DNA from: Rebecca billardiae RCC1528
Lineage: Eukaryota; Protista; Haptophyta
Reading direction: 5' to 3'
Assembly (NCBI GenBank): GCA_965240325.2
Contig: OZ251229.1
Location: 2,232,001-2,296,000, forward strand
DNA length: 64,000 bases
Shown here: positions 21,753 through 34,734 of the stretch, one piece after another
Position numbering within the stretch: the stretch's first letter is position 1
Layout of the letters: each line of letters starts with the position of its first letter
Position numbers and translations under genes: made by a program
Notes under the pieces: generated by a model
The model's input: only the letters and a program-made list of their open reading frames with translations
The model's database searches: none
Told to the model about the DNA's origin: nothing

Positions 21753-22484
21753 CATGCAGGAGACGGTGGACCTGAAGCTGGTGCTGCTGGGCAACCCTGG
21801 CGTGGGCAAGACGGCGATCGTCTGCCGCTACCTGTACAACAGCTTTGGCGACTCCACCTCCACGATCGGCGCGTCGTTTGCGATGAAGAAGATCGAAGCT
21901 TCCGCCGGCACGTGCACCGTGGGCATCTGGGACACGGCGGGGCAGGAGCGCTTCGACTCGCTCTCGAGCTTCTACTGCAGGGGCGCGCGCGCCGCCTTCG
22001 TCGTGTACGACGTGACCGACCGCGCCTCCTTCGACGCGTGCCACTCCAAGTGGCTCAAGAAGGTGAAGGAGGAGGCGGAGCGCGGCTGCCACGTCACACT
22101 CGTCGGCACCAAGGTCGACCTGGTGCGGGACGACGGCGCGGCGCGCGGCGTGTCGGAGGAGGAGGTGCGCGCTCTGGCGAGCAAGCACGGCGCAGACGTA
22201 GTCGAGATGTCCGCCAAGGACGGCTCGGGCGTCGCGGAGACCTTTGTGGCCGCCGTCGAGCGATATTGCGAGACCGCCGCCGAGCGCGCACAGCAGCCGG
22301 GGCAGCAAACGATCGGTGCGCCGCGGTGCCGCGCGGCGTCGGGCGGGCGGGGCGGGGCGTGGGCCCGCCGCGCGTCGGCCTATTCGCGTCACCATTCCGC
22401 GCGTGCCCCCACCGTGCGCCCCTGCCAGGCCTCGACGCCAGCCGGAGGACAAAGCGCCAAGCCTCCACGTGCTGCTACTACTAG
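21753..22484 (+). CDS. Rab-family small GTPase (Rab5/Rab24-like), one intron
   Basis: GNPGVGKT, TIGASF, WDTAGQERF, GTKVD, EMSAK. The spliced C-terminus ...STCCYY* contains a CC prenylation motif. Confidence 0.93.
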   Translation, partial: HAGDGGPEAGAAGQPWRGQDGDRLPLPVQQLWRLHLHDRRVVCDEEDRSFRRHVHRGHLGHGGAGALRLALELLLQGRARRLRRVRRDRPRLLRRVPLQVAQEGEGGGGARLPRHTRRHQGRPGAGRRRGARRVGGGGARSGEQARRRRSRDVRQGRLGRRGDLCGRRRAILRDRRRARTAAGAANDRCAAVPRGVGRAGRGVGPPRVGLFASPFRACPHRAPLPGLDASRRTKRQASTCCYY

Positions 22485-23993
22485 GACAACGACCTTTTAT
22501 ATTTTTAGTTTGTGTGGTGATGCACGAGGAGGACGTGTCCTACTGCAACGGAGGGGGTGCTGGGCACCCGGCGATGTCGACCGTTGTGCCTGGCGGTGTC
22601 GCCGTGCTCGCAGCTGCGTGACGCCGCCTGGGCCCAGCCGAGGGCGAGGGCGTAGCCGTCTGGCGGCTGTGCCATCGGGCGGCAGCGGTTCACTCGGACT
22701 ACTGTATCACTCGGGTTGGCAGTGGTATTTGTTTGCTGCTGCGCCTGGCAGCGAGTTTGCACAGCCGTGAGCCGAGGCAGTGCTCGGTCTCGGAGCTGCC
22801 TGACCGGTGGCTGGCAGCGCTGGGTTGCCGCCTCTGATGGGCGTGGGCTCTTAGGGCGGCCCGACACGGCCGACAGCCGGCCGCGGCTGGGCGGCGAGTC
22901 GCCTCCTGCAGCTGCTCGCCGCTCCGCAAGGTTGGCGCGCTGCGCGCAGCGACATTGACGTCAAGCTTATCCTCATCTAAGTGCTCCGAGTAAGGCGAGA
23001 GGCGCTCGGCGGCGGCGTAGCGTCAGCCGGCGGCCTAGTAGCAGCCATGCCCCTATTGACATATATTGGCCCGGATGCCGGATGGCGGATCATCGGCAAT
23101 TCGCCAATTCGGCATTGTCCCGAATGTCCGCATTGTGATTTGTGATTGTCGCCGCCGGCCGGCCGGGCGCCCCGCGCCCTCGGGGTCTGAGAGTGAGACG
23201 GTCTGGGACGGGTCGCTGTCAACTCAGCGTCAGCTGCCGTCATGAGCAGCAGACCGCCTGCCAGACAGCCGACAGGTCGCCAAGCCCGCGAGGTGGTGCG
23301 GGTCGGCTCGATCCCCATTTACGACGATCACATACCGCCGCGGTGCCACTCTGTCTACTTCTCTGCTGCTGCACTCGATCTGCTGCCGCTGGCCGCGGAC
23401 CGCGGGTCCGGGGGCCGTCCCGGCGGTGGCAATGACCGGGTCCGCGGTGGCCGGCACCGACGACCGAGTCTGAACCGTGATATACTAAGCGGTACCGGTA
23501 GCTGCTAGTGATAACCGTGCGGTATAACTAGTTTCGGTCCGCCTGGCATCTGTCAAAGTATTACCAGATGACGAACGCTGATGATCGGCGTCTGCGATGC
23601 GGCTGCCACCGTCGCCGCATTCCCGCACTCGTGATTACTCGCCTGCGCCGCCTGTCGCCCTGCTGTCGCCAGCGGCGCCGCGGTCTCAAATGGCCGAGAA
23701 GCCAAGACGGGCGGCGCACTGGCGGGCGATCCGCTGCGAAGTCCACGCCAGCGCTGCGCGGCCAGACCTGCGCCGCATCGATCGAGGGGCACACCGCGCG
23801 CTCCAGCCGCGCTCTCTGAGCCACGCCCACAGAACAGGGCGGAGGCGCTGGGCGTACTGTAGCCGCTGAGGGGCACGTTGCGCACGCTCGGTCGTGAGCG
23901 CTGCCGTCGGGGCTGCGTTCACGTGCTGAAGGCGATGAGGACGAGCCGATCGGGAGCGAGCCGATAGGGCCCGCCCGGATGCAGCCCGCGTGC

Positions 23994-26594
23994 TCATGCC
24001 TCCACCGCGCCGACGCTCGCGCCGGCTTCGCGCTCGCGCTCGCTCAGCAACAGCTCGCGCTCGTGTTCTGCCGACGCAATCATGGCGAGGGCGCGCGCGC
24101 CGCCGTTCAGCGCCATCAGCCCGCTCATGCCCTCGAACTCGCAGCTCGCGGAGGGGAGGTGGAAGGAGGAGGGCGCGGACTCCTCGTCCGGCGTGCCGCC
24201 GCCGCCGCCGTCACCGCCCCACGCCGGCTCGTGCTTGATGCTGCCAGCACCCCGCTTGCGCTTGCCGTTCATCTGCTGGTGCGGGTTTGCGCGCTTGGCC
24301 GAGCTCGGGCCAGAGACGCCCACGCCCGCGGGCACGGCCGTGCCGTTCGAGTGGAGCCGTTCGTGGCGCGTGCGCGCCTCCTCCGACGTGGAGAGGGAGC
24401 GGCAGCCAAAGCTGCGCGGGAGCGGACGCGCGGTCGAGAGAGAGCGCGCGGCCGGCAGCGGAAGCACAGCGCGTCAGCGCGCGCGCGGGCGGCACGCGCG
24501 CACGCTCGCACGCGGCGCAGGGGGGCGGGCCCGCGCGCGCCGCGCCGCACCGGCACGGGTAGATGGTCTCGCCGTTCGCCGCCATCTGCAGGAACTTGCG
24601 CACGTGCAGCACCTGCTTGTACTTCTGGCGCACCTCGCGCGCGCTGCGCGGCGGGCGGCGCGGCGGCGCGAGGCAGCGGGCGGCGCGGCGGCGGCGGCGG
24701 GGGGTGCGAAGCTCCGGGGTCAGCGCGGCGCGGCTGCGGCACGCGCGGCGCGCGGCGCACGCACGCCGCACGCGCCGCCGCCGCGGCGGGCGCGCGCTCA
24801 CCGCTGCTGCTTCTCAGCCACGCCGCCGAGCAGCTCTGCGAGCTTGCGCTTCTGACGATGCACCTGGCAGATGAGGTGCTCGAGCAGCGCGAGGAGCTGG
24901 CGCTCGCGCGTCACGTCGGCGGTGGAGCGCGCCGGGTTCTGCTTGCCCTCCGCCGCGCCGCCGCGCCGCGCCGCGTCCGGCGAGCGCGGCGGCTGCTGCG
25001 GCAGTCCGGGCGACTGCTCGACGTCCGGAGTCTGCAGCCGCGCGGCGGCGTCGCCCGCGCGCTCGTCTGCCGGCGCGCCGCCGCCGCCCCTGTGGCCGCC
25101 GCCGTCGGCGCTCGGGCCACGCGACAGCTCGCCGGCCGAGCTGAGCGCGCCCAGCGCCGGCGGCGGCGCGCCGCCGCCGTCGTCCGCCGAGGCCACGCCC
25201 GCGGCCGCCGCAGTGGCGGCCGTCGCGGCCGCGGTCGCCGCGCTCGCCGCGCCGCCGGCGCGCATCATCTGCCCGACAAAATCCACGACGTCCGGCGCGA
25301 CCTCGCGCGCCGTGGTGAGGCGGACGGGCACGCCGTCCGGCCCGCAGTCGTCGTTCGCGTCCTCCTCGTCGTCCTGCTCGTCCTCGCCGCCGCCCTCGGG
25401 GCCGTCATCGCCCTCCTCGGACGAGAGCGAGTCGAGCGAGCCGCCGCCGCGCGAGCGCGCGCGCTTGGCGGCGCCGGGCGAGGCACCCTGCTTCGAGCCG
25501 GCCTTCGGCCGGGCGGCGTCGGCCGCCGCGCCGTCAGCGGCGGGCCGCGCCTTGAGCCACTCGTCGCCGATCTTGATCAGCCCCTTGCGCAGCTCCGTCG
25601 CCGTCAGCACCGCGCCCTTCTTCGTCCGCTTCACGATGAGGGCCTGCATCGTCGCGAGGTCGTGCGCGGACGTCGCGCTCACGAGCGTGGTGAGGAGCTC
25701 GTGCCGCGCGACGAGGTTGCCGGCGACGGACTGGAGGAGTGCGTGCACCTGCGTGGTGATGCGGTCGTGCGTCTCGCGCGTGAGCGAGGACGTGAGGTGG
25801 TGCTCCACGCGCGGCGGCTCGCCGTCCGCCGGCGCGCCGCCAGGCATGCGCGCGTGCGGCGCGTGCGGCGCGCCGCCGGGCATTCGCGCGTGCGCCGCGC
25901 CGACGGCGCTGGGGTCTTGGGGCGAGGGCCGGGGTGCGCTGTGCGGCGGCGGCGGGTGCGGCATGGTGGGCACGCGCTGCTGCGGCGGCGGCGGCACCAC
26001 GTGCTGCTGCGGCTGCTGCGGCTGCGGCTGCGGCTGCGGCGCGTGCGGCTGCGGCTGCGGCTGCAGCCCCGGGTGCTGCTGCGCTTGCGGCTGCTGCGGA
26101 TGCTGGTGCGGCTGCTGCTGGGGAGGCGGCGGCGGCGGCTGCGGCTGGGACTGGTAGTACTGGACGTGCTGCTGCGCGTACGGCGCGCGCATCTGCGCCC
26201 CCCCGGGCGAGGGCGCGGCGCTGCTCACGGGTTGATGCGGCGCCGCGGTCGTGTGCGGCTGGTAGGGCGCTTGCTGCTGCTGCTGCGCAGGGGGCATGTA
26301 CGAGTAGACGGACTGGGGGTGGTGCGGGTACATGGGCATCGTGTAGCGGGACACGCCGCCTTGCGCCGCGTGCGTGCCGGCGCCCTGCGAGCTCACGTAC
26401 TGCATGCCCGCGGGCGCGGGCGCGCACTGCTGCTGGTAGTAGACCATGCCGCCGCGCTGCATTTGCGGCTGGGACATGGTGTGCTGCTGGACGTAGACGG
26501 CGCCGGGCGGGGGCTGCGCGTGGTGCGCACTGACGCCGGTCGCGCCCATCATCGCCTGCTGCACGGCCGCGTGGTCGGGGTAGCCAGAGGCCAT
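23994..26594 (-). CDS. Gln/Pro-rich protein with a C2H2 zinc finger (putative transcription factor), spliced
   Basis: Spliced exons give YPCR|FGCRSLSTSEEARTRHERLH (C-x3-C-x12-H-x3-H). The N-terminus is Q/P-rich. Confidence 0.7.
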
Positions 26595-27727
26595 CGGCGC
26601 GGTAGGCTCGTCGTCGCTTGAGGAGGGTGCTCTCGAGAGGGAGGTAGCCAGGAGGGGCAACTTGCGAGGAGGGGGAGAGGAGCGAGGCCAAGATCAGCTC
26701 GCCGAGCGCGGCTTTACCTGGATGCGGGGGGCGCATCGATCTGTAAGTGCACTTTGCCCGATGTGCGGGGTTGATTAAGCACTCCGTTTCGTCGCTCGTT
26801 CAAGGCCAGACCTTCTTGGAAGCCGGTTTGACTAGCGGTCCATCACTCGCAGGGTAATCTCACCGTAGCTCTGGTACCGAGATTGACGCGGCTCGATCAG
26901 TGATTGGCCGCAGCTTACAGTTTCTCTCTCAAAAACCTGAGCAAAAAGAAGGTCTTTGTGCCCGCCGCGCGTGCGTCGCTCTGCGCCCTGACCAGTCGCG
27001 AGGAGGCTGTTGCGACTTGCTCAGCGCCGTGATTGTCCCACCCGTAATCGAATCGATTGAAATATGAACGAGGTGGTTATCGGGGGTTGTGCTCGGGGCC
27101 GGCAATACTCGTCCGATGATATCTGATACTCATCAATTATATATTCGTTCATTCTTGCACGGAACGAAACGGTATACTCATATATCATATGACTGTGCGG
27201 GACACTTGAGATCGTATGATCTCACAGGTGCCGGGTACATTCCGGGGACAAGTTGTAATTCCCTACTTTCAATTCCGAGCGCGAAGTTCGCCCTCGCGAC
27301 GAATCAGCGCCCTTGTCAGCCGCTCAGCGGAGCCAACGCCAACTCTTCATGCGCTCATCACGGCTCAAAAAAGAGATCGTAAACCGCGCGCGATACAATA
27401 TTCTTCTTGTTCGACGATTCATCACACACGCGCGTGCACGTCGCGCCACAAAGCTGGCGGCGTTTGATGTTTTGAGGAGCTTCGGGAGGGGGCAGGCGGG
27501 CCGCTTCATCAGTTGGTATCATAGTCTGAAGTCGGCTTTTCGTCAGGGACGGTTCCGCCGAGCGAATAACAGCTCATCATCTGCTGGGAGATTCCTCAGA
27601 TACCGAAGGCCCCCGGCGTGCCCCGCCCCGCGGGTGATCACCACCCTACTTATTCGAGCAATTACCCTCTCCGGACAACTGTAGCAGGACCGGATTCAGA
27701 AGGAGACTGGAGAGCGGCATCGAAGTA

Positions 27728-28837
27728 ATGGCCGCCGCCTGCGAGTGGGAGGCCCTGCTGCAATGGGAAGAGGAGGCCCGTGACGACCCCGAGCGTGCCG
27801 CGACGCCCGAGAGCATCTCGACCGACGAGCTCGAGCCAGAGCCACGGCTCCTCGTGCGCACGCATGGACCGTGGCAGTGCCCAAGCTCCGCGTCTGCTCC
27901 GCTCGATGACCTCGGAGCGTGCCCCTCCACGGTTGCTGACCTTCGCATGCTTCTCAACCCCCACGGCCACGAGATCGACTCGCTGCTGCTCCCGCCTCTC
28001 GACCTAGGGATTGGCACCTCGGAGCGCACGTGCCGTCACCTGTCGTCTGCAGCGGCTCCCCCATCACTTCCCGCCGCTGCTGGCCGCACGGGCAGCAGCG
28101 ATGGCCACGTCATCCTACCGCCGCCGCCCACACAGTACTCCGGGCGGCCCGAAGAACGCGCTGGGCTTCACAAGCGGCAGCACTTGTCGAGCTTGCGCGC
28201 CGACCTCACTGAGGTCGCGCGTGCGCACATCGAGACAGCGCGAACCGCTACCGCTGGCGCCGCTGATTCTGCCGGCGCGCCGCCCAGGTTAGCGCTGGGC
28301 GAGCTGGCTGCGAGTGCAGTCGGACGTGCCAGCAGCCGGCTTGCGGCGGCGCTCGCACGTCGCCGCCGACGTTCGAACCTGGCCAGTGCACCGCTTGACG
28401 AGGCGGCGTGCGCGCGCGACGTGCTGCAAGCCGTGCGCTGCCTTGGACTACCTCCAAACGTCGTGCGCGCGATCGCCACGAGGCTGCGCTGCGATGATTC
28501 CGTGCCATCGACCGCCGCCTCGGAGCGCGATTTCGCGCCCGAACGCCGGACGCGCTCCATCTACTCCTTGGCCAAGCGCCGCGGCGGATGTGGCCGATGC
28601 GTGCCGTGCTTGCGCAAGCGCTGCGGGCGCTGCCCGCCGTGCCTGGTCCGCGTCGGCGCCGACCGCCCTCATCAGACGGCCGCTGCCGCCGCAGCCGCGG
28701 AGGCCATGGATCGGCATGGCCCGAGGAGCGCCGAGAGGCGGGGTGACCAGCGTCGCAGAGGCTACATTTGCGAGCAGCGTCGCTGTCTGGTCGTGTACGG
28801 TCCGGGTGACCACGGCAGACTTCGTGACGACCGTTGA
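27728..28837 (+). CDS. Protein with CXXC-type zinc finger
   Basis: KRRGGCGRCVPCLRKRCGRCPPC...ICEQRRC matches the zf-CXXC cysteine pattern. Confidence 0.7.
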   Translation: MAAACEWEALLQWEEEARDDPERAATPESISTDELEPEPRLLVRTHGPWQCPSSASAPLDDLGACPSTVADLRMLLNPHGHEIDSLLLPPLDLGIGTSERTCRHLSSAAAPPSLPAAAGRTGSSDGHVILPPPPTQYSGRPEERAGLHKRQHLSSLRADLTEVARAHIETARTATAGAADSAGAPPRLALGELAASAVGRASSRLAAALARRRRRSNLASAPLDEAACARDVLQAVRCLGLPPNVVRAIATRLRCDDSVPSTAASERDFAPERRTRSIYSLAKRRGGCGRCVPCLRKRCGRCPPCLVRVGADRPHQTAAAAAAAEAMDRHGPRSAERRGDQRRRGYICEQRRCLVVYGPGDHGRLRDDR

Positions 28838-30438
28838 TCCGACGACTCGGAATCGAAGACCGTGGGCATCGCCCGCGAGTCCGCACCGCGTCGCGGCGGC
28901 AGGGTCGGGCCGGGGACCCCCGCCGCCAGCCCGCGTCAGAGTCAGAGTCATCGGACTCAGAGTGCAAGAGTGCCATGATACCGATCACCTGTGTGTAGTT
29001 TAAATAACTGCGCATGTATAGGTGCTGACGTAGATGATGATGCTGCCATCCAGGCGGCCCGCGGTCATCGTCGTCTAAACTCCGGACCGCGCGCTATTAG
29101 TATTACTCGGCTATATTAGTATACGTACGTATTATTATATGACCGCGTTCCGCGGTCCTTTTCCGTAGAACGAACGTAGTTCGGGGCCCGCGGTGGCGGT
29201 GCACCCTCCGTCGCAGTCGTCCCGTACGTAACTAGACTCCATCCAGCGGCGCGCCGCCCAGCGCCGCGCCGCCGCCGGCCCGGCCGGCCGGCCGGGCGCG
29301 GGCGCGTCGGCGGCTGGCGTGCGCCGAGTGTGGATGTCGGTCGTCGGCCGAGCTGCCCTCATCACAGACGGCCCTTACCTGACCCCCTGCGCGTGCGCGA
29401 CGGCCGACAGGCGGATGCGACTCGGCGTGATCGACGCACGAGCGCGACTCTTGCACGCCAGGCCACCGGCGGAGCTGACTGACAGCCAGGGAGCCGACGG
29501 CGCGCGACCGCGCAACGGCGCATTCGACCGTTCGTTCGGGCCTGCCGCTGACCGTCGTCGCCGCGACGCCAGCAGCGCAGGAGTAGATGATCTGCAGGTC
29601 AGTAGGGTTCGACCTGCGCGCCTGCGCGACGGCCGACAGGCGGGCGCGAGGCGTGAGCGACGCATGAGCGCGACTCTCACGTGCACACCAGGCCCACGCG
29701 GCCTGAGCTGACTGACCGAGCCAGGGAGCACGGTGCGAGCAGCCATGCAGCACCGGTGCTTGCGCGCGCCGCGCGTGCACGGGGTGACACACCTCGGTCA
29801 GGCTCGGCACGCGTCGCAGAGGCACGGCCAGCTCTGGGCACGCCAGGCGCCCAGGCCACGCGGAGCTGACAGCCACGGGGAGCCGACGGCGCCGGGGCCG
29901 CCGCGGCCAGTTCGACTTGCGCCTGCTCTGAAGAAGAGTTCTGGGAGACCCTGGCGGAGAGGCATGGCAAGGTGGGCGTGTGGTGAAGTCGGAGACTCAG
30001 AGATCGATCAGTCCGGCATCATGCGCCGCTGCCCCCGAGCTTGCGAGAGCCCGAACACAGGGCGGCGGCTGCGGCGGCGGCGGCGCGGCCGCGCGGCCGG
30101 CCGCGCAGGCATCGACAGGGCGCGGCAGGGGCGTGCGGAGTGACTAGTGAGCGGGCACGAACGCGATGTCGACGGCCGTCGGGACCCGCCGCAGACGCGC
30201 GCTCCAGGCGCCACTCGGCACTCGCCACGCGCACCTGCCCATCGAGCGCCCCTTGGACCAAGAGTCGTCGCGGCTCGCTCGCCACCCCCGAACTCCGAAG
30301 AAACCTGCGCACGTGCTTGCGACGGCGGCAGGTTTTGAGCTCGCCAGCTCGGTAAGTCAGTGACTATGGAATGGGCTGGCAACCGAATAGCTGCGCGGGT
30401 ATTTTCAATAAGGCTTGCGGGTTTTAGACTCTATATAC

Positions 30439-30639
30439 CAACCGCCGCGAAGCCAAGTTCATATTCATCAAGGCGGAGGCAAACTATCACACATGAACGA
30501 GAGTCTACCCACAAAATTTACCCAGCCTGGCACACTTGGGCGTGGGTTTCGTTGATTCCTCTGTTCACTATTCAAGACGGCGGACGCGTCCTTTTTCGAC
30601 GAGGATGCACCTGTAAGGGAGTCTCAAAATTCGAAACTC
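30439..30639 (+). repeat. 201-bp direct repeat, copy 1 (copy 2 at 32903-33103)
   Basis: The two copies appear identical, CAACCGCCGCGAAG...TTCGAAACTC. Confidence 0.92.
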
Positions 30640-30641
30640 CT

Positions 30642-31381
<740 letters not shown>

Positions 31382-31384
31382 TAT

Positions 31385-32902
31385 ATAAATACGTCGCGAT
31401 GGTGCCCGCCGACGCGGCCCCCGCCCCGCTCGCTGTCAGCAGCGGCTCCGCTGCCCGCAGCAGGCGTGGAATTCTGCGCCGTGCTCGCTGCGGTGGATGG
31501 TGCTGGTGTTGGTGGTGTATCGGTCGTGGCGTGCGCGTTCTTCGCGGGTGGCGGTGCGTACGGCGAGCCGGCGTGCAGCAACGATGGCGCGTGTGCTGAT
31601 GATGTCACGCTCGGTGCGGTGGTGGCCGCTGTGCTCGCACACGCAGGCAGACATGTTAGTTGAGAACGTAGTGGTTGGTGTGAGCAACGAGATGAGTGGC
31701 ACCGGTCGTGCGATGCCGGCGCAGGTGGTAGCGGTTGCAAGTTGAAGATGGCGTCGTGTAAGGCGCGATCGCGGCGTAGCAGCTCGTTTCGAAGCAGCCG
31801 CACGCGCCCATTGCAAGTTGTAAGCCCCGCCTCTCGCGGGTAGAATGACGATCGCGGTTTTTGGGATCGTTTCGAATCGTAAGCCGCCTGCAGCAGTACG
31901 ATATCGGGCGGCGCTGTTCGTGACGGCGTAAGCGAGCGCAGAATGGCGTGCAGATCGTGTACGCGATCTCCCAGCATCGCTTGCAATGCGTCTGCGCACG
32001 CATCCGTTGATGTCGACCGAGGCGTGTGTGATTGATGGGTCGACGGTGGCGGCGTTGGCCCTGACGAGCCCTGCGCCGGTGGTGCGCCGTTCGAGAGAGC
32101 CGCTTGTGCTGCTCCCCTTCGACCGGCGTTCGGCGCCGCGATGCACACGTCTTCGTGCATGAACGCAGGTTATCTCCGCGGCGTGTCTGGACCACCCGGG
32201 CTTGCTTGCATCGGGCGACTGGGTGCGTGGCCTACCGAACCTGCTCTTCAGCGTTAGTTGTGAAGTGTGGCTGTGAATCGGTTTATGGTGAATGGTTTGA
32301 TGAGGGTGAGAGGGTTCACGTGAATCTGTTATTAACAAGTGGACCTTCGGAAGATTCGCGAGGAGCGTGTTGTACCGCCAGGTATGATACTGCTGATATG
32401 GCGGTGAATTGTAGTGAACTGCTAGGTGTTCGGACGTTGTATGATAACACCCGTTTTGCTTCATGCGTTACAAGGCTGTTGATTGCTTAGATTCTCTCTC
32501 TACCTTACAATATCTGTGCAGCCCCAGCGTCCCTGTTTGTTGAGTCGTATTGATATTATATGTGTTGGTTTCTAATGTGCATACATGTTGCATATTGTGA
32601 ATAGGAAGAAGCGGTGGCGCGAAGATCGTGTGAATTACAGCTAAGTTGTGCATAGATGTTGCATATTGTGATTAAGAAGAAGCGGTGGCGCGAAGACTGT
32701 GTGGATTACAGCTTAAGTTTTTCTTGTGAGAATTCTGCGTTTTTAATGAGCATATTAAGTTGTCATTAGTCCTTACGAGCACCGCCTGAGGTTGTTCATT
32801 GGCTGCTGCACGCAATCTCGCACGATCTGTTGTGATCACCTCCGATCTGCAATTCTTTGAGAAATTCTCAAAAACTCGGAAGTTCGTAGCATTGTAAGGT
32901 GT
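31385..32902 (-). mobile_element. Possible 5' part (UTR plus ORF1-like fragment) of another retroelement
   Basis: Lower GC with an A/C-rich minus strand, ORF fragments 31436-32464 and 31168-32160, and a ~72-bp tandem duplication at 32576-32719. No diagnostic domain. Confidence 0.3.
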
Positions 32903-33103
32903 CAACCGCCGCGAAGCCAAGTTCATATTCATCAAGGCGGAGGCAAACTATCACACATGAACGAGAGTCTACCCACAAAATTTACCCAGCCTGGCACACT
33001 TGGGCGTGGGTTTCGTTGATTCCTCTGTTCACTATTCAAGACGGCGGACGCGTCCTTTTTCGACGAGGATGCACCTGTAAGGGAGTCTCAAAATTCGAAA
33101 CTC
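32903..33103 (+). repeat. 201-bp direct repeat, copy 2
   Basis: Matches 30439-30639. Confidence 0.92.
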
Positions 33104-34063
33104 GGTCTCCTCCAGCCCTGAAAATCGTCCCCCGTCCCTTTTTTCTTTGATCAAAGATCTTTTTGAAACGTGGTTCGGGCCCGCTGGTGCGGGCTCCACG
33201 ATGCGCGCTCCGCCCTGCACCGCGGGCCATAATTATTACTGCTGATGATCGCGCGCGGCATAGTTAGGCGGGACTACTGGCGCGCTGAGCTCGATGGCAG
33301 CGCAATGCGCATTCGCGGCATTCGGCGGCCGTGCACTGACTGACTTTGTCTAAGTTGGCGGGGCCGCGCGAAAGCCGCGGCGGACGGATCGAAGGCAGTG
33401 GCACTCTCAGCGGCCAGCAGCAGCCGCCTGATGCTCATGGTAACCCTGCCGAGCCGCATATATGCACACGGCGCTGCGGTCGCAACGCGAAGGTTGCCAG
33501 TCTGCAGCCATGCCCGAGTGGTCTGTGGACTGTGCACAATGCTGTCAGAACAGCTGACCAAGCAGCCTGTCTGTCGAGCAATGTCGCCGCGACAGGAACA
33601 GCTGCGAGCCAGCAGCTTGTTCGAGTCGTCGAATTGGTTGGTCATGACAGCCGCTGCAGTTCGGGCACATCTGTGCCGCCTGCCTCCGGCGCACGTCGTC
33701 CTTGCTGCAACGCGCTCGTCCACGCAGAACAGTAGCTTGCGGCTGTACGTACCAGCACGGCATGCAGCTGAACTTGAAGCCTGCGCTGAGGGCATCTTCG
33801 AGCCTCGCTGTGGGCTCCCCTATGGATTCACCAGGAAGCTCTTGATGATGATGGCCTCTTTTCCGAGCGCGTGGTCATGCGAGGGCTGCGCATTCTCGGA
33901 TGTCGTGAAGACGCCTGCGGCGAGCCCGACGTGCTGCGAGAGCGCTGCGTCCAGCACACGCTGCAGGATAGATTGCCAGTCGGTCGCAAGCCCTCATCTC
34001 ACAGCCTCCCCCTACCAATTTGGTGCGGCGATCGGCACCTCCCCTCGTCCGAAATGGCTCCAT

Positions 34064-34519
34064 TCACGACGGCTCCCCCTTGTCGTCGGACCGCGGCGGT
34101 GCGACGGCATGATACAGTGAGCAGCCCTCGCACTCTAGTATCGTGTTGGCCTCCATGTCGAGCACATGCCGACTCACGAGCATCAACTCACCACAGCGGC
34201 AGCGCAGGGCGCGCTCGTCGCTCGAGTGCCCGGGTTCCATGTCCTCCCACTCGACAGTCTCGGCCATTTCGGCGGCCGCGTCCATGGCGGCCTGCTGTCG
34301 TGAGAGCTCCTGATCGTGCTCGTGCCGCGCATGCGCGTCCTGCAGGAGTGCCCATGCATCCTGAACCCTCTGGAATGCCACCGCGTCGGCTGCGTCCGCC
34401 CTCTTGTCTGGATGGAGGCGCAGACATTGCCGATGGTATGCGCGTCGAATCTCGTCCAACGACGAGTCTGCCGCGACTTCGAGCACGGCGTACGCGTTGG
34501 GTCGGGAGGTCGGCGGCAT
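34064..34519 (-). CDS. DPH4: Diphthamide biosynthesis protein 4 (J domain plus CSL Zn finger)
   Basis: J domain with HPD motif, followed by CRCG...CEGCSL. Confidence 0.9.
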   Translation of the reverse strand: MPPTSRPNAYAVLEVAADSSLDEIRRAYHRQCLRLHPDKRADAADAVAFQRVQDAWALLQDAHARHEHDQELSRQQAAMDAAAEMAETVEWEDMEPGHSSDERALRCRCGELMLVSRHVLDMEANTILECEGCSLYHAVAPPRSDDKGEPS

Positions 34520-34734
34520 CGTGCGGATCCGAACGGCGAACGCGGCGGAAGCCTGAACATGTTTCCTTTTGGGAAAATAATGAAAGCGGGCGGCAATGCG
34601 ATGACATGCATTGAGACTTTGAGAGTATTTGAGACACTGTGACAGCTATCCTCGAGGCCGTGCGACCGCCAGCAACGGTACAAACGGTATGCACTATACA
34701 GATGTATCTAGATGTATGCATAGGTGGACGTTCA

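Noticed and set aside
23979-26621. 880-aa + strand ORF and the many other long Arg/Ala/Pro-rich ORFs
   Set aside because: These are shadow ORFs caused by high GC and codon bias of real genes on the opposite strand or in another frame.
33398-34120. 240-aa + strand ORF
   Set aside because: It has no recognisable motif, lacks the host codon bias, and overlaps the DPH4 3' end.
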